Assembly: GCA_004431415.1 (NCBI GenBank)
Contig: QPMI01000582.1
Location: 62,001 to 126,000, forward strand
From: Cyanophora paradoxa CCMP329
Lineage: Eukaryota > Plantae > Glaucophyta
DNA: 64,000 bases
Reading direction: 5' to 3'
Shown: positions 1 to 11,022 of the stretch, in pieces
How positions within the stretch are numbered: position 1 is the first letter of the stretch
Layout of the letters: the number at the start of each line of letters is the position of its first letter
Translations under genes and position numbers: made by a program
Notes under the pieces: model-generated
Databases searched by the model: none
What the model was told of the DNA's origin: nothing
Seen by the model: only the letters and a program-made list of their open reading frames with translations

Positions 1-1205
1 AGGTATGAAGTGTAGCACGCACAGTTCGACTGCCAATTGTGAATTGTGAACCGACATGTGGCCAGTTACGTTGGATAATAAGTGATGCACCGGGGGCTGT
101 GACAGCGGGCTGGCCAGGTGGATATTCTTTACGAGGTGCTAGGAGTTCGGACGGTAATTGCCACGGAATAGACGATTGCAATGCTGAAGTTGTTGTCACC
201 GTCGGTTTACACATGTGCACATGTACGTCGACGACTGTGAACGTCGTTATTGACGTTCGTTGAAGGTGCCAGACTGCCGCAAAAGGCGCCCCATGGACGG
301 CTGCAAGCGCCATTACAGTTGCACCTCCTGCTAGTCCGGTTACCGTTGCACAGTGCGAGTAACGCAAATGAGACGGTATGTTGAGGAGTTCGAGAGTCTG
401 CGTTATCGTGCCGGCTGATATTACAGATGGAAGCACGTGACGGAGTTTCTGCAGCGAAATCGCTGTTGACGCGCCTGATTTTCTGTGAGTGATGCGTATG
501 CAATGACAATTATAGGCAGGCAAGACGAAACTGACCTTCATGTGATGGTGACGCTTTAAGTATACGATGAAAGCAGAGCACGTCGGACGCAATGTAATAA
601 CCGTTTTTCAGCGGTGCTAGCACGAGAGACTGCGTGAATAATCGTGCCGTTGCAGCTGATTGTCCCATCCAGCCGGTAACGGTTACATTGATGCTGTGCG
701 CGCGTCCCTCATGTGCTGTCACCGCTGCGACACGCGCCCACGCACGATCCAAGCGCAATCGAGCGATACGTTTCTCAATTGCCTGCAAGACATGATGTTT
801 GACTTCCGAAACGAATGAGTTCTATCTGAAAAGGATGACCTGAATTCCGATAGCGTATGCGCTCCGATGGGATCGTTCATCATTGATCCACATGTGGACA
901 CTGGCGTCGCGGTAACACCTATATAATTGATGCGGTTGAGAGAGCAGAAGTTGATAGTACTGCTTCACAAATGCTGATGCTGTGCTATCAATTGATTTAT
1001 GCGTCGCGAGTGCAGATCTGGACAAATGAGAAATGGGGCTTGATTCTGCGCCCTCATGGGCTGTTGGAATTTCGAGTGCAAGCTCGACATTGAGTTCAGG
1101 TCCGCAGAGATCCACTGCAGTGGAGTTCCATTTCCATTCGCGGCACACAACATTGCCGACTATTCCCGGGACGTGGTATCGGCAGGCTGCGTGGAAGGTG
1201 AGCAC
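1..1205 (-). CDS. Helitron cargo gene with G3BP/Bre5-like NTF2 domain (copy 1, partial; upstream exons unresolved)
   Basis: ASAFVKQYYQLLLSQPHQLYRCYRDAS..GIQ|AIEKRIARL..VTVTGWM..RLFTQSLVLAPLKNGYYIASDVL matches the NTF2-like consensus. In-frame GT-AG introns at 783-839 and 475-535. Confidence 0.75.
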
Positions 1206-2893
1206 ATGTCTATGAATCTATGATGACCTGCGTTACGCTTACAGGTTCACGCAAAGCTCGTGACTGTGCCGCCTGGCTTACATGTCGTACTGGCATTGCC
1301 TCTGAGTCACTGGCATGTTCGCGATTGACTGTTTCGAGAATTATCTCAATGACGGGGTGCAAATTTGAAAAATATTTTTGTACCTGCTCTCTTTGCTCTG
1401 CTGCGCTGCACACGGGCAGCATTTGATGTAACAGATGTAGGGGATGCGGGCAGCAACGTTGACTTTGATGGTTGTTCGCGTTCTAAAACCGAGTTAAGAG
1501 TATAGAGTTATGCAATTAACTTACATAATATGTATACCCTTTTCTGTTGCAGGAACCCTCGGAATTGTCATGTCTTCACGCGTAGATCGATTTTCAATGT
1601 CTACATTTTCTCGATCAATGTGAACACGCGGTGGTGATAGAGTGCGTGCACGACGTCTGCGTGCCATCAAATCTGCGTCATGTTCCGATGGTTCTTCTGC
1701 ATTGGGCTCCGGTCTGCGATCATCTCTGACTGGCTCCGTGATGGCCATGGGATGGGCACGGTTCGACACATGCGCTTGTAAATTTTCAGTAATTTGTGCT
1801 CGTGGTTATTTAGAAGGAATTTCAATGCGCACTTGCAGAGGTGGGAATTATGACCATATAGACGAAGAGACAGAGCAACAATATTCCGACTGCAGCCGGT
1901 AATGTCCAGTGAGGTGCTGGGGTCTGGATATGCTCAACATACGGCGCATCCGCAGGGAGGGCAAATGCAAGATTTTTCTGATTCCCTGACAGCGTCAATG
2001 TAATCCATATGCCAGTAATGGATGGAGAAAATAACAGAGCTGCTGTACACCGCACTGGAAATTGTGACAACGACGCAAGATTCGTTATTTACAATCGCGT
2101 TGTTAGACTGCAGATATATGCGTACATATTGACATCCGCGATCGCATTTGTTTAATCCATGTGCAGTATCGTTCATGACGACGGGCGTTTATAATTACGG
2201 CACGCAATTCTGGGAGTAAATACGTCTCAGACAGCGTTTATGAATGTCCGTATTACCGCTTTTATATTCTTACCTCGATAAAGACGGTTTCTTTTTGCGG
2301 ACGTGGACGAATACATGTCGAGTAAAAGTGTCAATGCAAGTCCCAAATCTGCGTCTGTCGCCACGGAAATAGTGCCGGTGTCTGATAAGACAAACGAATC
2401 GGTTTTCTTGAGATGCCATTGGCAGTATCGCTTGAACAGCATGATACCAATTCCTGCACTGACGTCTGTAACGTAATCATGTTCATAAATGCGAGATTAA
2501 ATGCCTGATATAATTGTTGTGCAGGTGATAATGAACGGAGAGTTGCATATAATCGAGACGTGAATTATGGTTGTTATTGCGGTTGCATATACTGGAATTC
2601 CCGATAGTTGTCCGTTTCCATCATCGTGCGGGAATTTGTGGAAGTGAAAATGAGAAGCGATGTATTCTTCGCAGTTCTCTTTTTTTTCAAAGCTATGCCA
2701 ACTGCCTCTGTTGCAAATATGTTATTGTATTCGAGTTCAAGACTGCCAATATCAGTCGCTAAATCCGCGTACCAAGAACTGCAAATATCAGAATAACCAG
2801 TTCGGTACCGTACAGAAATTGTAGAGATGGAGTGCCCATTAAGTTCATGTCTGTGATCGACTGGGTTCAAAAACCGTATTGCGAGTAATGTAT

Positions 2894-3420
2894 GCGGGTT
2901 TATTATAATTATACGGCACTTTCTACCATGCCGTGCAGCATCAATACCCGCGAGGCTCACCTTTTAGCACGTTCAATCCACTCGCGGATGACGACAGGGA
3001 GAGAGGAATTGCTGATGCGGCGCATGAAGTCTCCGATGCGCGTGGTCCGAGCCGCACGACAGCCGCTGCAGCTGCGGCAGTTGCATTTAACGCCCAGCAT
3101 GTGATGCATTTCGAGCCAGGTTGATCGCCTGCTCGCATGCGGCGCGGCGTGGGCGCGCGGAAAGATGTCCGGGTCGGTACAGGAGCGGGTTTATTATAAT
3201 TATACGGCACTTTCTACCATGCCGTGCAGCATCAATACCCGCGAGGCTGACCTTTTAGCACGTTCGATCGACTCGCGGATGACGACAGGGAGAGAGGAAT
3301 TGCTGATGCGGCGCATGAAGTCTCCGATGGGCCTCGTCGGAGCCCCACGACAGCCGCTGCGGCAGTTGGATTTAACGCCCAGCATGTGACGCATTTCGAG
3401 CCAGGTTTATCGCCTGCTGC
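2894..3420. repeat. ~291-bp tandem repeat x~1.8 within the Helitron (also 14130-14655)
   Basis: GCGGGTTTATTATAATTATACGGCAC starts at 2894 and 3185. Confidence 0.9.
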
Positions 3421-4029
3421 AGTCGCGGACGAGGACACGCAGGGGGAGACGGGCGGTGCGGTGCTTGTATCTGCTGTCGGTGGTGTTCGGCGAGGTGGCA
3501 GGCACGGGCCCGCATCTTAAATAGCAGCAATCCTCACCTTCTAGCAGACTCCATGCACGGGCAGAGCGCGACAGTGAGCATGAGACGGGGCAGTGGTGCA
3601 CGTCTGTTGCGGCGCTGGCATGTCGTTCCGGCGTACTTGCTGCGGCGCCACCTGCAGCCACGGATGACGAGAGGCAGCACGGCATGTCGGTGGCGGCGCT
3701 TGCATCTGTTCACAGCGTATACGTAGTTGGGCGACGCGGAGCCTCGGAGACAGCGGGCGTGCAGGGCCAATAGCAGGGCGGGGATGCTAACCTTCTAGCA
3801 GACTCCACGCAATACCGGACGACAATGATATCGCCCGGAACTGCTGTACAATCACGAAGAAGATGCATTTCAAGATGTTTCGCTGGCGTGCACGTTTACG
3901 ACGCCAGCGGACGCGCGCAATCGGCGCATAGAGTCCCGGCTTCTTGATTATACGCATAGGGTTGTGTCCACGAAAAGTTCCACACGTTCGCGTACTGTAA
4001 TTGCAATTCTGCACACGGTATGGATGTGA

Positions 4030-4850
4030 ACGCGTACATATATATGTATATATGTACGTATACGTACGGATGTCAACGCTTACGTATATGTACGTATACG
4101 TATTCGCGAATACGCGCTGTAGATCTAGCGCTAGCTAGCCGGACTTGACAGTGCCGGGTTCAGATTCGCGCTAGACAGCGTTATAGTCACAGTGTGCGCT
4201 CTATAACTTTTGACCGCGGTCTAGCGCTACCTACTAGGCTAGCCGGACTTGACAGTACCAGGTTCAGATTCGCGCTAGAGAGCGCTATAGTACAGCGCCA
4301 GACTGCGCATGCGCCGCTAGTACGGATTGCACGCGTACACTACGCCGGACTGTATATATGTACTGACTCGAACTGGCACTGTCACAGTAGGCGCTCTATA
4401 ACTACGTATAATGGCTGCCCGGCCGGCTCGCTATAGCTATAGCTCCCTTGCAGGACTACAGCATTGCGGTATAGCTACTATTAGCTAGCCTCTGAGCACT
4501 GCCTAGCACAGCGCGTACACTACGCCGGACTGTATATACGTACTGACTCGAACTGGCAATGTCACAGCTAGTAAGCGCTCTATAACTACGTATACTGGCT
4601 GGCCGGCCGGCTCGCTATAGCTATTGCCGCAGTGCTCTCTTGCAGAACTACAGCATTGGAGATTGCGGTATAGCTATACCTAGCCTCTGAGCACTGGCAG
4701 AGGGGCACAGGCGGCACAGCTAGCTATAGTAGTAGACTGATAGTTGGCCCGGTTGGCAGTGCGGCGGCCTGGTTCACGTTTGTAGCTGCTTCGCACTAGT
4801 ATACGTACTGTCTCATCAGTCTGTCTGAGCGCTACTACTAGGCTAGGCTA
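4030..4850. repeat. CTAG/TATAG/TACGTA-rich low-complexity tract with ~107-bp and ~180-bp duplications (also ~15265-16085)
   Basis: CTAGCCGGACTTGACAGT occurs twice; CGCGTACACTACGCCGGACTGTATATA occurs at ~4333 and ~4513. Confidence 0.8.
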
Positions 4851-5160
4851 TTCTCGGAGCTTGGCCGGCCGGTCCACTCGCGAATCGCGATCGGTGCATT
4901 GGCATAACCAATGGATTGCTCAATGGCGATGTTTCGGTTCTGCTCGATCTTTTTTTCATTCAAGATTTGACGACTCAGTGACAAGATCTTGAAGGCTTCT
5001 GTTAATCGCAAGATCTTCAAGGCTTCTGTTAATCACAACTAAATCCGTCATCGAATCGTCAATGGCGCGAGATCGGTGAGATCTTTTTTAATTCAAGATC
5101 TTGACAGATCTTGCCAATGTGTTCGCGAAATTGTTTTTTGTATTCAGGATCTTGGCAAAT

Positions 5161-5742
5161 CTGAGGAAGGGCGCCGGGCTGCTGAGACGGGATATAAGTA
5201 TAATTATATACTCGAAGATCGACCTGGGGCAGATCTAATTAATAATTATCTGGCAGTGCAGATCTCGAGGGCGCGCCGACAGACGTGCGCCGCGGTGCGC
5301 GTCCGTGAAGGATCGAATTTTCGGGGTCACCTGGATTGTTGCGCCCTGTCGCGTCGTCGGAGGTCTCGATGGAGAACTGAGGAAGGGCGCCGGGCTGCTG
5401 AGACGGGATATAACTATAATTATATACTCGAAGATCGACCTGGGGCAGATCTAATTAACAATTATCTGGCAGTGCAGATGTCGAGGGCGCGCCGAAAGAC
5501 GTGCGCCGCGGTGCGCGTCCGTGAAGGATCGAATTTTCGGGGTCACCTGGATTCTTGCGCCCTGTCGCGTCGTCGGAGGTCTCGATCGAGAACTGAGGAA
5601 GGGCGCCGGGCTGCTGAGACGGGATATAACTATAATTATATACTCGAAGATCGATCTGGGGAAGATCTAATTAATAATTATCTGGCAGTGCAGATCTCGA
5701 GGGCGCGCGGAAAGACGTGCGCGTCCGTGAAGGATCGAATTT
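5161..5742. repeat. 216-bp tandem repeat x~2.7 (also ~16396-16977)
   Basis: CTGAGGAAGGGCGCCGGGCTGCTGAGACGGGATATA starts at 5161, 5377 and 5593. Confidence 0.92.
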
Positions 5743-5877
5743 TGAGGAGTTTATTTTTATAATATTGTTGGGAAGGAGGCCCGGGAGGGGCGAGGTTCTC
5801 GCGGCCAGGCGCATGCACAGAGAATCGCTTAAACAGAATCTCGAATGCATATAGCATCGATGTGCGGGACTGCGGAC

Positions 5878-6670
5878 GCGAGGGCGCGCGGAAAGGTCTG
5901 CAGGTCTGTAGAGGATAGAAGTTTCGGGGTCGGCTGGGTCCTCGCGGCCCGGCGCAGCTATTAAGCGTGCGGAAGGCTTCTTCTACATCTCAAATGCTTA
6001 TGCTATTGTTCCGCGCATGCGCCGCGGCGTGGGCGCGCGGAAAGATGTCCGGGCCTGTGCAGGATCGAATGTTTGCGTCGGCTGGGATCTCGTGCTCTTG
6101 CGCGTCTTCAAAGCTTGCGCAAGGCTTTAATAAATTCTGAAATGAATATTGTAGCGATGCGCACGCGTGAGGATGCGAGGGCGCGCGGAAAGATGTTCAG
6201 GTCTGTAGAGGATCGAATTTTCGGGGTGGGCTGGGTCCTCGCGGCCCGGCGCAGCTATAAAGCGTGCGGAAGGCTTCTTCTACATCTCAAATGCTTATGC
6301 TATTGTTCCGCGCATGCGCCGCGGCGTGGGCGCGTGGAAAGATGTCCGGGCCTGTGCAGGATCGAGACTTTGCTATCGGCTGGATTCTCGTGCTCTTCCG
6401 CGTCTTCAAAGCTTGTTGAAGGCTTTAAAAAAAATCTCAAATGAATATAGTAGGGATGCGCACTCGTGAGGATGCGAGGGCGCGCGGAAAGATGTCCAGG
6501 TCCGTCAAGGATCGAATTTTCGGGGTCGGCTGGGTCCTCGCGGCCCGGCGCATCTGCAATGCGTGCGGAAGGCTTCTTCTACATCTCAAATGCTTATGCT
6601 ATTGTTCCGCGCATGCGCGGCGGCGTTGGCGCGCGGAAAGATGTCTGGGGCTGTGCAGGATCGAATTTTT
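5878..6670. repeat. ~298-bp tandem repeat x~2.7 (also ~17113-17905)
   Basis: AGGGCGCGCGGAAAG starts at 5881, 6178 and 6477; the block GGAAGGCTTCTTCTACATCTCAAATGCTTATGCTATTGTTCC is shared. Confidence 0.9.
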
Positions 6671-7119
6671 GATGTCCGGTACCTTCCTGCGCTGCTCCGG
6701 GTTCGAAAAGCGGATTTCGGGAGTGCGCAGGCCCTGCTATGTCCATGCGCGCTCGTACGCATCGTTTGTGCGCTTCGCGGGACCGGCCGGAACCGGCCGG
6801 ATCAAATTTTCGGGCGACTCTTCGCACTGGAGCGTCGAGGGCGCCCGAAATCGAGCCTGCGGCGATGCGCTCGCGTTTGCGCGTCATTCTGTATCGTTCT
6901 GGGGCGTCCCTGGCGCGATTTCGTCGCGGGACCGGGCGGGACCGGGTCCCACCTTCTGACTCGGACTGTGTTTGTCGGAGGTTAAGTACCGGAATTGATC
7001 CAGAGGGAAATTCGATGTTCGCGCGACGTCCACGGGGGAGCGGTCGTCTTAGGGGAGCCAGGACGCTAAAAATGGATCTAGAGGGGTCTGTGGGGGTTCG
7101 GGCAGCTGTGTAATGTCCA

Positions 7120-10100
7120 TCAATCGCGTCCGTGTCGAGGCAGAATTAATATCTCGCCAGGATTGCGGTTGCGGATCGGTCGCATGAAGCCGCGCTGGTA
7201 CGAACGTCTTGTCCGCTTGTCCGGAGGGATGCACGGTACGGTGCGGGCGTGAAACGACGAGTGCCAGATGGGGTAGTTGAGCATATGGAAAGCTGCCTCC
7301 GGCCTGCCGAGTTCGCGGTGGGAGAGCGACTTCCGAATCGCTTTCGCCATCGCGCTCCGTAGGGTGCCTCCCTTCTCGGCCGCCTTTGCGAGCGCAGCGT
7401 ATATGCTCTCCAATGCCTGCGGTTCGACCTGCGGGCGCACAATGAGTTTCAGTACGTTCTACGTCTGTCCAGGGACGCGTGAGCACGGCCGTACCTTCAG
7501 TGCGTACTTGAACATGTACGCTCCCATCGCTTCGAAGTCCGCGACGAGATCGAAGAAGAGGTTGGAGTGCGCAATGCGGGACAGCCACTCGTTGAACAGC
7601 GCCACAAACAAGTCTTCTACTGTGCGTCGCATCGGCACCAGTAGCCTGTCGCCCCGTTGCGCGTTCTTGAGTTCTGGCGTCGACCTGTGCGTTTGTATTC
7701 GTCAGGAATCGTTCCGGGGGCACGTCATCGCAGAACTTGAGCACGCACATGAGTCTCGCGTATCGGGACGCGCGCCCTGGCAGTCCGAAGCGGCACCACT
7801 TCCTCGCCCTCCACCAGGCGTTGTTCAGCTTCTTGACGAGGTCGGCAAGTTCCTGGGCGTCCTTGTCGGAAGCACCGTGGATGGGCTGGCATCCTTCGAG
7901 CAACGGGTTCGTGTACTCCTGAGTCGGCTTGAACTGCGCTGCAGCGGCGAAGAGCTCTTCGTGACGCTTGCGCGTGGAAGATGAATAGTGCTGTGCCTGC
8001 TTGGCCTTCGTCATGCGGCACGTGCCGCTGTGTCGGTGAATGTTGAACGTGAGGATGACCTTCCGGAGAAACGCGGTCGCCCAATCATGACGAAGGGCAT
8101 CGGGCACGTGAAGGTTGTCCTCGACGGCTGGGTCGTCGGGCTTCGGAGGTCGAGGATCTCCGCCTTGACGATGCTGTCAAAGAATTCGAGGTACTCTTTC
8201 ATGTGCTGCTTCTCGCACGTGTCGTACATAGGCATGCCTTCGCACCAGCCGATGAGGTGCCCATGCAACGTCCGCCGCTGCTGCTCGCCGTGACGGATGA
8301 AATGACCTGTCATCTTGTAACCGCCGAACATCGCCCTCGCGCCTTCGGAGTACATCAGCTTGATCAACGCGTTCCAGCGCCGCTGATAGTGACGGACAAC
8401 GATTCCGGACTCCGAGTTCAGGATCGTGTCCTTCTCGTTTGCGCTTAGCGCATCGATTGCGGCCTGGTTGTGGAACCTCTCGCGGTCGATGGCTCTGTAC
8501 AGACTCGCGTCACCGTGATCGTTGAAGCTCATAGTGTACCATATCTGCGGCGGCCGTACGTCTGTGCGGCAGCAATGAGCTGGCCGTGACCGGTCTCGAG
8601 ATGCTGGTGCGATCCCGGCACCTGGAGATGGGCGCGTTACGCAATAATGTGCAAATTGTTGTCAAGGGTGTGCTGCGGACTCACCGCATTCAGCGTCGCG
8701 CGGACGAGGTGGCGCTTAACAAAGTCTACGGTAACGCTGGGGTCATCGACGGCGGTGGTGAGGTGGTCCATGACGTGCGCGGCCGTCACCGGGTGACCGG
8801 CCGCCTCCAACTTGTCGAGCTCGAGACTCTGAATTGCACAGTTGCTCTTCTGGTAAGCCTTGAGGTTGAGATAATCCGTCGCCTGGACGAAGAAGAATCC
8901 GATGTCGGCGACAAGGGCGCGTGCCTTGTCGGACAGCAGGAACCACTTGTTGTACTTGCTGATCGACAGCGGTACTTTGCGTTGATCGAGAGGGTCTGCA
9001 GGGTCGCCTATCCGTCCGTGCCGGCCTGTGTTCAGAAAGGGTCAATGTCGGTCTGCACGAAATCACAAATCGACGGCGGTGCCGGTGCACTGTGCTCACC
9101 GTCTGGAAACGCAAATGGAAATGGGCTGTGCAGTACTCTGCACCCTTGCTGAAATTTAAGTGGACGCGATCGAGGATTGGCAACGTGCGAGTACGTTCGG
9201 CAACATCTTCGCCGAACGCCGTGGCAACGTCGATGAGCCTGTGGTGATACTCGGACTGCACGACTGCGGGCGTCGCCGGCTGTTGAGGCATGTCGAATCC
9301 GGTGGGGTCGCTGTACACTGCGGCCTCTGTATCGACGTCGTGCGCCGTAGCACGTGCAAGCTGCACGAACTCGTCCACGTCCTTGTTGTTGATCTGCGCG
9401 AGCTTGTCGAGGTCGACGAGATCGGAGGGGCGCGTCTGGGCGCGTCCTCGGCTTCGTCCTCGGATCCGGTGTCGCGTGTCGACCTTGCTGTTGACGCGTC
9501 ACGTGTCGGCCGAGCTTCAAGGACGACTCCATGAATTGCTTCAACACGGGATCTCCTACGTCGGTCAACAGGCGACGGGCTCCGGAACTGGCGATTTCGT
9601 ATCCAACGTCGTCGTGCACTTCGGGTTCTTCCGAAACTTCCGCCTCCTCGTCGCTGATTGCTGGCTCGGTTCCCGTCGCCGCGTGCGGTACCGCTGTCAG
9701 GTCCACCGACTCGCCGGTTCCGGGTACGTGGGGCTGGCGTCCGCGCTTGCGGGCGACTCGCGGCGGTGCGGGGGTGCGGTCGCGCAGCTCTTCCTCCGCA
9801 AGTTCTTGCTTCCACGTCGTCTCTTTGGCAGTGACCTCGTCCCAGTAGGCGTCGTCGAGCTTGTCGAATCCGCATTTCTGGTACCACTTGTTGCCGGCCG
9901 CGACGAGCAGCTTCATGACGCTTCTCACCTTGGAAGTGCTGAACTCCCAGTAGTTCGTGAACCTGCGGTCGTGCCCGGGCGCCGTCGGTTTCTCCATGTT
10001 CACGTACATCATCGCGTCTCGCGGCGCGAGGGCTTCATCGATTCGACGAGCTCGGCGGGCTGCGAGTAAACCATGGTGACCTTCGGGTGCGCGGCCTGCT

Positions 10101-10980
10101 GCCGACCGATGCGCGTGGTTGCGATGTTCACGAACGACACGGCCGGACTGCATACGACAGCCTCTGGAAACGTGAGGCCTGCTGCCTCCCTGGCGAGGTC
10201 TTCCGACGGCGGTGTCGGGTGGATGCCGTTCTGTGCGGGATGGTCAATGACCATACTGGAGACCGGTAGAGACACACTCGGACCTCTTTTGAAAGCCCGC
10301 AGATATCGACACCTTGCTCTGCGCGGTGTCTGTGGCACATTGCGCAGAGCAACGGTTTCCGCGGTTTTGACGTTCCGGTTTCCAGCTTGTGCATGTAATC
10401 CTCCGTCTCCTGAATGCGCCGTATCGCGGCGTCGTCGATCCCGTGGGGCTTCAATATGTTGAGGTGCGTCTCGGGGTGGAGATCGTCGATGTAGTCCCGG
10501 ACGCCGCAGCAATCACACGGCACCATCGGCTGGTACAGAGCTGCGGACAGCATTACTGGCGAAATGCACATAACCGAACTGAAATTCACATACTGTACAG
10601 CATGTCGATGATAGCGTCCTTGAGCGCCTCAAGAAACTGCGGAAATTTACTCCGCTTTTTTGCGATTGCGTCAATTACGTCGTGCAGTAGCTCATTCGGG
10701 TGCTCGTAGTCGCTGATCCACGTGTTTACGCATTTCAGTTTGAACGCGAGAGAGCGTTCATTTTTGGCCGAACGGATAGCTGCACGTCTGTCGCGACCCG
10801 CATCACTGTGTAATGGTTTGGTATTCTTCTCGTCCTGGTATCGCCGCGCACGACGATCATGTTCTTGTGACCGTTGGCCGTGTGTATGCTTTGCACGTGC
10901 CTCTGCATCTGCGTCTGCATGTCCTGTCTGTTCAAGTGGACGCCGAGATGCAGACGGTCTTGCAGGTAAATGTTCGCGTC
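7120..10980 (-). CDS. Helitron Rep protein (CxxC pairs, DUF6570-like N-terminal region, Helitron_like_N / HUH-Y2 Rep domain); spliced, 3'-truncated, no helicase; start approximate
   Basis: Motifs in order: CDCCG..LCAMCH; AQNGIHP..LTFPEAVV..KVRSVMKLL..NKWY; FPFAFPDG; motif 1 PQIWYTMSFND (~8520-8552); motif 2 HGEQQRRTLHGHLIGW (~8243-8293); HRHSGTC; CRFGLP; motif 3 AYMFKYALK (~7495-7521); RELGRPEAAFHMLNYPIWHSS. Apparent frameshifts coincide with short C-runs. Confidence 0.85.
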
Positions 10981-11022
10981 GTACAGCGGTGTGCTCGTAA
11001 CAATTACACGGATCAGTATCTG

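Noticed and set aside
1822-2480. Ulp1-like protease hints (HW, QSEYCCSV)
   Set aside because: The motifs lie in different frames and the catalytic triad could not be assembled.
5076-6985. ORFs over the 216- and 298-bp repeats; possible CRISPR-like array
   Set aside because: These are translations of tandem repeats. Whole units repeat with no unique spacers, there are no cas genes, and the context is eukaryotic.
7144-7156. Geminivirus-like TAATATTAC origin or endogenous CRESS virus
   Set aside because: The sequence is TAATATCTC, not the nonamer, and the Rep is Helitron Y2-type with no capsid or SF3 helicase.
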